Part shown: positions 26,827 to 39,944 of the stretch, one piece after another | How positions within the stretch are numbered: the first letter of the stretch is position 1 | Layout of the letters: each line of letters begins with the position of its first letter | The notes under the pieces: model-generated | The model's database searches: none | Told to the model about the DNA's origin: nothing | The model's input: only the letters and a program-made list of their open reading frames with translations | Made by a program: the position numbers and the translations under genes | Assembly (NCBI RefSeq): GCF_037042905.1 | Contig: NC_087251.1 | Span: 1,986,001 to 2,050,000 of the forward strand | Direction of reading: 5' to 3' | From: Lytechinus pictus | Lineage: Eukaryota | DNA: 64,000 nt

Positions 26827-29800
26827 ATGGTTTTGGACTTGAGTGGAAAATGGAGATCAGAAAAGGTGGAAAACATGGACGAGTTTCTGAAGGTAAAAAA
26901 TAAGTTAATCAACTTTGCGAATATGCTATAACTTTATAAGCTATGGATTAACTAGAAAGAGGTTCAAAATTAAAGTTAAAATAACGATGGTCATAGCATG
27001 AATAGTGATAATAGATAAGAAACCAATATTTGTTTGCGAATTCTAGAATATCCCTAATGCTATAGGCCCTACGTTGCTTCTGGCTTTATACCATGGTTAT
27101 ACCATGGACTAGTAGGTCCATGGTTATACATTACATCGCCTTTTATTCTAGCAGAATTCGATAGACATACAATAAGGTCATGCTGATTATCTAGATAGTT
27201 TAGGCATGTTTTAAAGCGAAACGAAGTGGAAGTCCATCCAGGGTATTTTGGAAGATAAGTTTGTTAAAAATAGTCAGGTACATTAAACGAAAGGAGTATT
27301 CCAATGTTTTTAAACCATTCTACAAATTTTTGAGGGCTGTGATATGAAGTATGAAACCCAAATGCAAAATTATGACTCTCGGGCCAATATTATTGTGTAG
27401 CTCATACTCCATGCGTTCAATAAATCAGCCATTTTTAGGAATACACATATTTTTACAATTTTTATCCTTTTCATTCAAGGAAGTAATCGCAAATTGAATG
27501 ATTCAATTTCCTTTTTTACTAGTTGGTTTAATACAAACCTTGCGTGGACCACATGATAATTTCTATAAACAGAATTACAGGTTAACAAGATGCACGATTT
27601 ACTATGCGAATGAAGCAAACGAGCAGAAATTCCCTTTTTGATCAAGTTATTAACGTTTTTTTAATTCATTTGCCTTCAAATGTTTTGTAATAATATTCCT
27701 ATACAGAAAAGAGGTATAAAGATGCAAAATAAATTACATCAATAATTCAATAATGATAACAATAATATGTTCCATTTATAGCTACTAAAATTGCATGTAC
27801 TGTACTGTGCTTGATACTTGGTATCACAGTATTACCCCCAAATAAGCCGCAATATTATAGGCGCTAAAGCATTCAAGGAATAAATCTTACCAGGTACCCA
27901 CCTCACCTGGGTCGAGTGCAGCGCAATGTGGGTATATTTCTTGCTGAAGGAAAACACACCATGGCTAGGATTCGAACCCACGTCCATCTGATTGAAATAC
28001 GTGAGTCCGACGACCCACGCCGGGGATTTGCCGGAAGGTTTCTTTTTTTAAAGGGATGGTCTGGGCTGAAAATATTTATATTTAAATAAATAAAGTAAAT
28101 TTCACAGAGCACAATGCTGAAAATTTCATCAAAATCGGATAACAAATAAGGAAGTTATTGAATTTTAAAGTTTATAAATATTTTGTGAAAACAGTTATAT
28201 GCACATCGTCATGAATATTCATTAGGTGGGCTGATGATGTCACATCCTACTTCCTTTTTTCTTATGTTATTACATGAAATCATAAATGTTTAATTTTTTC
28301 ATACATGTGTAAAATGATGTGTCTCTATTATGATGAAATAAGTTGTGGCAATAAATAACTAATGCACTTAATCAGTTGTCAACATAATTGTTTTAGTTCT
28401 TGGTAGAAAACTTTTGAATAAACCTAATTTCATATAATAAAATACAAAAGAACAAGTGGAGATATGACATCATCGGCCCACCTAATGAATATTAATGACG
28501 ACATGCCTAGAACTGTTCAACCGGAATAATGCACATCTTTAAAATTCAATAACTTCGTTATTTGTTATCCGATTTTGATCAAATTTTCAGCAATTCGCTC
28601 TGTGAATTTTACTCTATTTATTGAGATAGATATATCTCCAGCCTGGACCATACCTTTAATGATTTAACGTTTGTTACACAATTGAAAAAAGTTAACATGT
28701 TATTGAAGCTCGTCACCCAACAACAAGGTGTTTAAACTTTTTGAATTGTTTAATATTTTTAAACAATTTGTTTAAAACTTAAAACAATAGTTGTTAGAGT
28801 GACGGTCTGAAACAGCGTGCCTAAAACTTTAAACAGCCGTTTTACAATGTATAGTTTGAACTGTACGTACATGACGTAATAATAGAATTCTATTTTCTTT
28901 TTAGGCGGCTGGTGTTGGTCTAGTAATTAGGAAACTGATGTGGATGTTTACACCTGAAATGGAGATCACTCAAGATGGTGAAGATTTTGTCGTTACTACC
29001 AAGATGCCGATGATTACGGATCGTGTTGAGTTCAAGATCGGAGAAGAATTCACCCATAAACTACCACCAGACTTCAAAGATGACCATACATTGATTTCAA
29101 CTTGGGAAGGAGATAAACTTGTCACAAAGTGAGTTATACCAGACTGGGAAGGGCTAGGGGCAGAACCACGATTTACCAGGGAGAATTGTCCCCACATATA
29201 ACCAACAACAACTAAAAATGATCATTTGTTATGCGCCGGTATCCGTAATAATAAAAAAGATGCTCATGGCGCAATAAAGACAAGAAGAAGGGGGAAGAAT
29301 TATAATTTCTTAAATTATCACTATTCCGGCATAAAAATTTGTTGACAAGCCAAAAACTTCCCACCAATTGCACCCCCCCCCCCCCCCATTACCGCCGAAA
29401 GGGCAGAAATATCTTTTACACAAAAAAATGTTCATTGCTTCCCTTCGGAAGGGGAGGGCGGAACCGATGACTTCACGCACTAATTTTCAAAGGACAAGTC
29501 CACTCCAACAAATAGTTTAAATAAACTGAAAGAGAGAAATCCAACAAGCATAACGCAGAAATTTCATCAAAATCAGATGTAAAATAAGAAAGTTATGATA
29601 TTTATCATTTGTGCCTACTTCACAAACAGTTACATGCACATCCTAGTCGGTATGCAAATGAGGGAACTGATGACCTTATCCCGTCACTATTTCTTTTGCA
29701 TTTTATGATATGATATATGAAATATTCTTATTTTCTCCTCAATATCCTATAAAACAGAGTTGTATTCCTCCTGCATGAACACATAGATTTACCATTGTTT

Positions 29801-32800
29801 TACCATTTTATGGTTCAGTCAAGTTGGTCCTTACTGCCAAATCTGTAAAAATTGAGATATTTTATACTTCAGATAAAAAAGGAAAAGAAACAGTGAGTGA
29901 GTGAGTGACATCGTCGACTTCTCATTTGCATGTCAAGAGTTGTGCGTTATAATTTTTTTCTGAAAAATAAGGGAAAATTTAAAATGTCATAACTTTCTTA
30001 TTCTTCATCCGATTTTGATGAAATTTACTGCGTTATACTTGTTTTATTTTTTTCTCCAACAATTCAAATCGACATTTTGCTAAGGTAGACTAGACCTTTA
30101 AAATTGTATTTTATGGTATGAACCATCTCCATGGTATTAATTCGTTTACAACCATATTAATTTGACTCTATCTTGAACATAATCATCATACTCACTAAGA
30201 CAGGGGGTTCTGTATCATCATATCCACTGAAACATTATTCTAATATTTTGTAGATCTCAGTATGTGGGATATTGATTTCCCCATTCGTTGAAGACCTATA
30301 GGCCTTCATGTACTGTCCTTTTTTTCTGAAGTTAGCGAAAGTTCGTTTTTATGTCATAACTGTTGTTTTTTTTACATCTGATTTGATGAAATTGTCAGTC
30401 TTATTCATGCCTCTTTTCCTTATTCATTTAAATCAATTTACTTTTGGGGTGGACTTTCGAAAATGTGTTTTTTTGTTACCAAACCACCCCAACTTTAATC
30501 CTTCCTATCCCTAACCGAATTAAATAAATGATAAAATATTAGAGAGAAGTGAATTTCTTTTTATCTTTATCAATGAATTAAATAGAGTTCTATCATGTCA
30601 TTCACAGCCAAAACAAATATAGAAATACACCTAGTATGTTTGAGTACAAACACAGACGAATTGGTTGTATGCTGACCGAAAAGCAAACACAAACGTTTTC
30701 AAATCACAGAGGAAAATTCATATTGATCGACGCCCTTGTGTTTAGCTACAATTTCAAAAGTAAAACCTTAGTCTCTAAGCATAGTAGATCCAAATGGGGG
30801 GGGGTGGTCGGGGACCCTAGACCCCTACCCCATTATCCGCCAGTCCCCACGAAACGAAAGCAAGGCACTGAGCTCTCGGCCCCTGAAATATATTTTTTTT
30901 TACCTGTAATTTTTTTCGAGAGCAATGATGATACCCGCACTCATGCAATCGTTGATCTTCCCGTTTTATAATGTGATCGTGGCCAATGTTAATTGCATCC
31001 GATATGTATTATTTAAGAGTATGTTACGATATTGAACAAATACCGAACAAATAACAGAGAAAATTTAGTTTATGATTATTATTTTTTGCCTTTTTTATTT
31101 ACAGGTAAACGGATCATACACTAAACAAAATAAAAAAGTTATCTTACATATCTTGAAGAGTCAGTTCTGATTAATCCAAAATTATGATAGTCCAAAAATC
31201 GAAATTGGCTGGCAAGGAGTTCCTTATAAAAAGAGTTAATGTCCACATTGCTGGCGATGATGAAATTGATGTTGAAACGCGATGGATAATGACAGTCACC
31301 GTAACGAGTTAAAAATGTTCGTGAAGACGTAGTTGATGATGATAAACAGTCGATTTCAGCAATCTATGGGTTGAAGAATGTTCTCCAGAGTAGGTTAATG
31401 ATCTTGATGAGAACTGAGAATTCCTCTCTCAAAATAACTGCAAACAGTTCACTGATGGTGTGCAAATTTTTCCAAAGAAGTTTAATATTGTATTCCAGGT
31501 GGAGATAAACTATGTTCTGACATGAAGTCTAGCGTGAATCTCTGAGTTCTGATCTGCTCTAAGAAACTGCCAGCTTCTATAAATATAATTGTTCACTATT
31601 CATGAAGCTTCTACTTATAAAGAACATTCTGCTTCTTTCTTGAACAGTCCAGTTCTAGGAGACTCTAAAATGACCTCAGTGAAATTAAAAATGTAAACAA
31701 CATAGCCAATCCTATTGTCCTTTTCCCGCTAACAGTCCCTATGTTCTGCCAAGAATCATCGTACATTACAAAAATACCAGACATTGCTCTGCCTCATTAA
31801 ACTTACGTTCCTAACAAAGCTTAATTTAAACTTTCTGGAATATTCTTTAATCACATTATCCTTAGATAGGAAATAAATAAATGAGTTAATGTACAGGTAA
31901 TTTCTCTTACAATTCTTTTAAATAACAAGTAAATAAAGTTGAATTAAATGTGCAGGCCTATAAAAAAGTCACAACAAAATAATGATACAGAGAAACAGGC
32001 TGCTGCTTGACGCTACCTACTCTCAGTCCGGATTTGAGAGTATCTAGACAATATACTGATTCGGATAAGCACCTCTGTACCGCAGTCCAAAATAATCATA
32101 TGGATCGAGGTCAGACCTTCTGGTCTTTCAAATTAAGGTTTTTTTTAAACCTGAAACAAAAAGAAATGATCGGTATGCTTTGAAATTTCCTCTTCCAGCT
32201 TGACCTGAATTGGCTCTAAACAAACTTCAGAATTATTGAAGGAGAATCAAATATATGATAACAACTTTGGAAAAGAACTTGTCTTAACCCAATGAATAAA
32301 TCGTATAATCAAGAAAAACTAAAGTATGACAAAAATTGTAGACTTGGTTGATGAATGCATTCCAGAATGCACCAAAATGTATAAAGTCTGGACAAAATAA
32401 TGTAGACTTGGTGGTTGACATGTTGATGAATGCATTCCACAATACACCAACATGTATAAGGTCTGGAAAAAAAATTATGTAGAGCTGGTTGATGAATGCA
32501 TTCCAGAATACACCGAAATGTATAAAGTCGGAAAAATGTAGACCTGGTTGATGAATGCATTCTGATTGAAATCCAAAATGTATGAACTATGATGTCAATA
32601 TGCTGTGATACGCAATGAGGATATGAGGAGCAGGCGCTGTCGCCTCTTATGAATTCATGGGATGGATTGGGGGCAAAATCGACCCACAGGTATGGAAGGG
32701 GTGCGACTGAGTATTTGATAGGGGCTAGACCACCTAATATGACGTCATCTCTTTTCTCAATTAAATGTTGAATTGAACTCTTTTTTAATTTGTATGTTCT

Positions 32801-35800
32801 CATTTACATCGTCACTGTACATTGAACAAAAAAACAGCGTGATATACATTAGAATTCAACATAAAAAATTGACAACATTATATAAATATAGCAAGAAAGA
32901 ATGTTAGATACATGTTCAATAGTAATTGAATAGGAATTGAACTTAATTTGTTTCAATTTTACAACGTATGATAAATTGTGTCTAGGGTTCCATTACAATT
33001 GCTCAAATTCCACACATAAATTGAATGACCAACTTCAGCCTTGGATTTAACACTATACCCTACCTAAACCCAACCCTATTACATAAAAACCATATTGCAA
33101 TTAACCCTTACCCTATATCTTAGGCAAAATAAAGCCCGGATTAATTGTCGTCGGAGCAAGTGTCGTGTCAATATGTCGGGGGCCTAGATGTATATAACGA
33201 ATCATATGAAAGAGAAAGTTTCAAAATTCATTTATGACATGAGCTAATGAGTATAACAAGTGTTGCATGGGCCTAACTAAAAAGCAAAAGTTTTACAAAA
33301 TTAGGCTCCCAAATGGATAAGATAGAAATGGCCTTCACGATCCGGATCTCTTATTTGGATACTCTCTTTTCTTTCTTCCTCATTTTTCTTCGCTCTTCAC
33401 CTCCTTTTTTCACTATTTGAGAATCACAAGCACAGGTGCCCCGCTCCTCCCCCATTATATCGCCACCAATGAATTACAAGGACAGGTGCCCCGCCCCCGT
33501 TATATCGCCACCAATGAAACACAAGGACAGGTGCCCCGCCCCGCCCCCGTTATATCGCCACCAATGAATTACAAGGACAGGTGCCCCGCCCCCGTTATAT
33601 CGCCACCAATGAATCACAAGGACAGGTGCCCCGCCCCGCCCCCGTTATATCGCCACCAATGAATTACAAGGACAGGTGCCCCGCCCCGCCCCCGTTATAT
33701 CTCCACCAATGAATCACAAGGACAGGTGCCCCGCCCCGCCCCCGTTATATCGCCACCAATGAATCACAAGGACAGGTGCCCCGCCCCGCCCCCGTTATAT
33801 CGCCACCAATGAATTACAAGGACAGGTGCCCCGCCCCGCCCCCGTTATATCGCCACCAATGAATCACAAGGACAGGTGCCCCGCCCCGCCCCCGTTATAT
33901 CGCCACCAATGAATTACAAGGACAGGTGCCCCGCCCCGCCCCCCGTTATATCGCCACCAATGAATTACAAGGACAGGTGCCCCGCCCCGCCCCCCGTTAT
34001 ATCGCCACCAATGAATCACAAGGAAAGGTGCCCCGCCCCGCCCCCGTTATATCGCCACCAATGAATTACAAGGACAGGTGCCCCGCCCCCGTTATATCGC
34101 CACCAATGAATTACAAGGACAGGTGCCCCGCCCCCGTTATATCGCCACCAATGAATCACAAGGACAGGTGCCCCGCCCCGCCCCCGTTATATCGCCACCA
34201 ATGAATTACAAGGACAGGTGCCCGGCCCCCGTTATATCGCCACCAATGAATTACAAGGACAGGTGCCCCGCCCCGCCCCCGTTATATCGCCATCAATGCT
34301 AGAACCTTTATGGATCTAATGCACAATCACTATTTTCTTGCATATTTTCATTAAAGTTGAAATATCGAATACTTAATTTCTGTTGATTGAATAATCATAA
34401 AGCTCTTGAAAATCCTCCATGAACATATTGGCGATTCCAAAATCCTGTTCTCGATCAAGTCAAACCCTATTTTACATTATTACGTAATCGCGTATAAAAG
34501 AAAAAAATGTATTTTTTTTCCTAATGAATACACAATGATTAAGGAGTGTGCATCCTGTCATCGTTCTTTAATATTGCACGTGTTGTGCACGTAAGTGTTC
34601 TGCGAAACTAATCGAAACTTTTGCTAAAAATTATTATACACACAATTTCGATAAAATTTTGCAGTATTGTATATTGCACTTTTTTTGAAATTTTGTCTCT
34701 AATCCATCGAATCATTCTTATTGTAGGGCTGTAGATCTGATGATGAAATTTGTGTCATCGGAGCCATATTGAAAATTTGCAAATGGCCATGTCAAATTAA
34801 TACTACAAGAAATTGCTTATTCCTTGATTTATGTATATTAGACAATATATATAAATAAAAAACTCACATTTTGAAAGATTCCTATTTCTATTTCCATGAT
34901 ATTATATCATGAAGGTTATGTTTAAGACTCACGTTCGATGCAGCCTATGAGAAATCATATGCTAGATTCATTAACATACCAATAGTGAACCTTACCCCAC
35001 CGGTCATTCTTAGATGCCTCCTTAGATTAAGAATCATGTGTAAGGAAGTGAGGATCTTGATACTGCTGCTGCTGCTGCTGGTGATGATATTGATAATGAT
35101 AATGATTATATTTTTGTAAGAAAAAATGTTATCCAACATCAATAATACAATTTGATAACAGCAATGATTATGTATTTTTTTAATGTACTATACTACTAAT
35201 AAATTTTGATAATCGTAATCATGATATACAGTGCGTATCAAAAAAAGTTTACACTTTGAAAAAGCCGTGGGAATTAAAAAATATACAACATATGGGTAAT
35301 TTTTTCACATATATTCTTGGGTTTGGGTCTCATCTATCCAATGAAAGTAAAAGTTATGACAGAATGTTACACCTGAGTGAGCACTGCCCATTTTTGTAAA
35401 GCTCGCAGAAATGCTCGTTTTCACGCTGTGTCAAGGGGGAAGGGCGAAATCAAACTTACCCTGTGAAACATTTCTCATACATTTCCCTTGCAATTTTAGT
35501 CAATTGAAATAAAATGGATACATTCAAGCATTTTGTAACAATTTTGCCACCCAAATTGAAATTTCAACACTTAGTAAGCACAACCTTTACCCTTTTTGTG
35601 CCAGCTGGATCTTAGGACATAACTGAATCTGAACAAAAGTTTATATCAGACATATCCAGCATTTTTTCACTAAGTTTTTATCATTTAAAGTGGGTTTACA
35701 TTTCATTTTTCATGTAATACTTGTTTCTCCACACTTTTCCCAAGCTTGACAATGACTAACAAAATAAATATCAAGCCTGAGCCATTTCATGTAAATCACA

Positions 35801-38800
35801 GATCATGTGTAAAGCAATTATCGTCACGATGGCCTCGGTGTGTGGGGGAGTGAGGTGGGGCGCAATGCATTCTTCGAAGTGTTTTGGGCAAGGAAACAGT
35901 TCAAAAGGTAAAATATATCTTTAAATCAATTTTACTAGCTAAATTCCACGTGTTCTTCATGATTATGGTCTACTTTTATTCGCATAACTATTTCAAGGTT
36001 CTGCGCAAATCATTTTTCACTAACTTTTCAAAAGTAAGTGCATGGTGCTCACTCAAGCGGAAATATTTTTCGACAATTATATCGTCAATTGCTTAAATGG
36101 ATCTGTACCAATGTTAAAATGTGGAAAAATCTTCAGAATATTACAAATGTATAATTTTTCAGGATTTTTTCTAAGTGTAAACTTTTTTTAGATACGCACT
36201 GTATAATAAAGATGGTAATGCGGATTATTTTGTATACTGATAATTTTATAACGTTGTGATAAAATCAATCAAAATAGACGAATAAAGAATCAAAAGAAGA
36301 AGAAGAATAAGAAGTTGAGAGAGTGACAGTTATAATAGTATGGCTATTGAAATACCAATTCACTGGATATAAGAGAGCACTACTCCTTTCCGCCCCCCCC
36401 CCCGCCCCTCTCACCTAACGCCTCTTCATTTCATTCCAAATATTTCTTCTGGATGGGTGTGTTCAATGTGTGCGCTTCTTGTTATTTTGAGCTACAACAA
36501 TATTTCTAGAGATTACTTGTCGTAAGAAAGGAAAATATAGAACTAAGAAAGTGACATGAGCTGCAACAATTCCAATATTGTAACCCTAAATAAAAGAAAC
36601 AACCTCGCCTCATATGATAACAAGTTCAGATCTCCGGCTGACATGCTTTCTTTCTTGCTCTCCTCATATAACCTTCAGCTTTCCGATTTTATTACCTATT
36701 GTTAATGCTATATACTGTCACGATTGTTTTCTTACATGTTTCATTTATGTTATTGAATATACCTCCCAAAACATATGTCATGATCGCAAGATATCCGAAA
36801 ATTTCGTTCTGGTTTTGTTTGACAAAGACGAGACAATGTGTGTAATGTATCTTTTCTCTATTTAAGTGGGATTTCCTCAAGGAAAGAAACCACATGAACA
36901 TTTGTAAAATTATGTGTGTACGAACTTTTTTAATTTGATATTTTCTCTTTTTTTAGTTTTACCGCTTACATATACAGAGCGAGATTTCATAGATCTTTAA
37001 CACTTCGCAAATAATATAGAAAACTTGAAATCATTGTTGTTACATCTGCTGCAATCAACATGATCAAGCTAGATATCAAATTTGTCAAGGGGGTGGGGTA
37101 TATAAGGGCATAAAATCAAAAGGGGTCGCCCCTCCCTCGCCTGACAACCCAGAACATAATTAATTAGCTTTTTTCACTTCAGGTCGGTTATGATACTGTT
37201 TTATTTGATAGCATGCAGCTTCTGCATGGATTGATCATGGGGATTGAAGTCTAAAATATTATCTCCTTGATTTGATGCAATGTAATGAACGAACATATCA
37301 CATTTCTATTTGTTTTCTATTTTGTAATATAATAAGTCATTTTGTTGTTGTTTTTTATTCTGTATATTTTACCGTCCATGGTCATCACAAAGCGAATAAA
37401 CATTTACCCCAATATCTATTGGTTATGTATATATTTCTTTGTTCGTTACACCCCCCAAAAAAAAAACTATTGATAGATAAATAAGTAAATCAATCAATCA
37501 ATCAAAATGCAGATCATTTTTACACTCAAAGGCTTGATACGTTTTCTTCAATTTGCTTTAAAATAAATGAAGACCGAAATATTTATCCCCGAAATTAATC
37601 ATACATATGATACTGTTTTGTTACACGTGCCGGACAAATTTACCTGCCTTACATTGAACAGGGAAAGCAATTTAAAAATATGATTCTCGATTTAAAAAAA
37701 AAATAAAAATGGGGGGGGGGTGAAGTAAGGACTTATGACCTCAAATTTCCTTTAAGTTAACAAAATTATGAAAATTTTAGGGTAGAAGTTGTAGTAACAT
37801 AAAACTATACCGTAGTTATGATGAAAGCGGGAAAATGGGAGGTGAAAGTAGACCTATCTTGGTTTCCTCATCACTAGAGGTGAAGGAGGTTATATCGGAC
37901 CAGGTGGTATTTTGCAGTACATCGAACACACAGTGAGAATCACATTAAAAACTCGTTTTCTTCCGTCTTCATAATGAACTCTTGATTAGATTTCCACCAA
38001 GTTCGCATCTTTCTTTTACCACAACACACTGTTCTACTAGATGCGGTTTTCTATACAGTTTATTTTCTAACATCAACAGTCCATCAAATTAAGGAGAGAA
38101 AATGAGAAAATAATAGGACCTGATGAAATACTGTAACGACTCCGTGTGAATAACCTCTGACATTACACGCTAATGACAGAATAGTATCAAAGTCAGTACA
38201 ATATACAGGCATATTACAACAATAAAAATAGCCCTATGGGAAATGTAAAGGTTTAAAACTTTCGATATAGGAAAGGCACATTAAAGATAAAGTATTCTCT
38301 TACCTGACGCCATAATGGTCATTTAATATAAAACTTAAAATGGAATAAGTTTGGTGATTAAATATATAACATATTTCAACGTACCACGTGTGTTGGGTTT
38401 ATGTTTTTTCAGTAGCATATTTCTGTTTAAACATGTAGGGTCCATGGTTTCAAATACGTACACGTATTCATTACTCAAATATAACATTTAGGCCTATTTA
38501 CCTACTTGTTATCATCGTGATAATACTATCGTCATTTCTCTGTCACTTCCAATGTCGGTACTTTGCCTTTGTTGGGGAAACACATCAATATAATTCCCAC
38601 TGGAATGTCATCATGAGACGACGGTCTCCTCTATATCCGCTACACAGGACAACCATGGAGTTATTATCAGACTCTATGGGATAACAATCCACAAGTCTTG
38701 GGGTAACGGTTGTGGCATAAAATACGTCATTTTCGACGAATCCCAAACCCTGTGTGGACAATAAACTACTCGATTTGGGTCATTTCCCCCAGATTATAAT

Positions 38801-39944
38801 CTGGTCGCTTAATAAATCCTCCCCCCTTTGTGACATTGGAGAGGACCCAAAGGAGTCATCTTCCCATCATACATTACATTGTAATGATAGTCGGTTGATA
38901 GGATAAGGTCAATGACCTCATAAACCTAGTTTGTCGAGTGTGACGCTTTGTCTTTGCATGGATCCTACTAGAACCATGGTCTTTGGGAGTAGTCTCTACT
39001 TTCACATCTTACCTTGATCGGCCATCTACATCTGTCACGTGATGTCATGGTCTGTGCGAAGTCCTAAAAGGGCCATTGATGGGATGGTCTGTGCGTTTGA
39101 GTGGTTTACAAAGTAAAGTGCATGCATGTCCATCTGTGTGCACTGTTAAAAAAAACCTGATTTTACAGGGGGAAAAAAGATTTTGCAGAAAGCAATAAAA
39201 GAATCAATCTGTAAATTCATAAAACAGGAATTTTTCTGCAATTTAACAGAACAGGTCTGTTTAAAAAGGGAAAAAGGGTGTTTTATTTAAGGAAACTTGT
39301 ATTAAAAGGTTACATACACCAATTACTAATTTCCTGTAATTTTACACTATATAATGTAAGATTACAGGTGTTCTCGAGACTCTGCTGCCGGAACTTCTAT
39401 TATTTTTTAGGATAAATTTTCTAACAGTGTGGGGGGGGGGGTGTCAACTCAACACAACGTTAGGCTACCCAGTTGTGCATTACTCTGAAATTATTTATTT
39501 ACTAATTGGGATGACAACTTTTGCCATCGTCAAAACACTAGACAACATGATAATCAAGGTTTCCATGGTAATAAATGAAAAGGCAGAGTTACCATGATTG
39601 TTAACATGGTTAATCTCTTTGAAACAAGGCCCAAATATAGGGGGAAAACACATAATCAATGTCTCATCCGATGTCACCATCAGCATTGAAAATGTCCAAA
39701 ATGGCGGATGTTGCTGGGTCTACGGATGCCACCCTGCTCCCCAAATCCTGCGCTGGAAGTTCATTTCAGTATGTATTATGTTTTCTTCCTTTTATTTCTG
39801 TCTTGAACTTGCTGCAGGATCCTATCACAAGAAGATGGTGTTACGACGACTCGTACACTGGTCGGTGAGAAACTGGTTATGACGCAATCAAAGGGTGACG
39901 TCACAGCGACCAGAACATTTTACAAGATGGAGAAAAAAGATTGA
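26827..39944 (+). CDS. Fatty acid-binding protein (FABP/iLBP family) paralog A, 138 aa, 3 coding exons
   Basis: Exons 26827-26892 (MVLDLSGKWRSEKVENMDEFLK|gtaaaa), 28905-29128 (AAGVGLVIRKL...EITQDGEDF...FKIGEEF...TWEGDKLVT) and 39818-39944 (KILSQEDGVTTTRTLVGEKLVMTQSKGDVTATRTFYKMEKKD*). Carries the GxW, GEEF, W.GD and terminal R motifs of FABPs; phases 0 and 2 are consistent. Confidence 0.93.
27760..28010 (-). mobile_element. tRNA-derived SINE (partly truncated)
   Basis: Minus strand carries a B-box gggttcgaatcc, then ...ccacattgcgctgcactcgacccaggtg...gggtacc core and an AT-rich tail. Confidence 0.6.
28052..28655. mobile_element. Kolobok-like TTAA-flanked MITE
   Basis: TTAA|agggatggtctgggctg ... 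cagcctggaccatacct|TTAA with long inverted arms. Confidence 0.75.
29491..30097. mobile_element. Kolobok-like MITE, same family as 7110-7712
   Basis: aggacaagtccactccaacaaa ... ggtagactagacct|TTAA, sharing internal aaaataagaaagttatga motifs. Confidence 0.7.
32330..32590. repeat. Degenerate tandem repeat (~65-75-bp unit, ~4 copies)
   Basis: Recurrent gttgatgaatgcattccagaat.cacc.aaatgtataaagtc; underlies the spurious ORF 32309-32803. Confidence 0.75.
33429..34296 (+). repeat. GC-rich minisatellite, 45-51-bp unit, ~18 copies, in FABP-A intron 2
   Basis: Unit caaggacaggtgccccgccccgcccccgttatatcgccaccaatgaat(t/c)a, highly homogeneous. Confidence 0.95.
35229..36201. mobile_element. Tc1/mariner-like MITE
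   Basis: TA|cagtgcgtatcaaaaaaagtttacactt ... aagtgtaaactttttttagatacgcactg|TA. Confidence 0.85.
39141..39429. mobile_element. CACTA/CMC-like short MITE
   Basis: TG|cactgttaaaaaa ... ttttctaacagtg|TG, i.e. CACTG termini with a 2-bp duplication. Confidence 0.6.

Noticed and set aside
31100..31860. Possible decayed LINE ORF2 C-terminal fragment on the minus strand
   Set aside because: The resemblance is only vague and there are many stops. It cannot be supported without a translated search against Repbase/Dfam.
33429..34296. CRISPR-like array or coding repeat ORFs
   Set aside because: Units are contiguous with no unique spacers, no cas genes are present, the context is a eukaryotic intron, and unit lengths are often not multiples of three.
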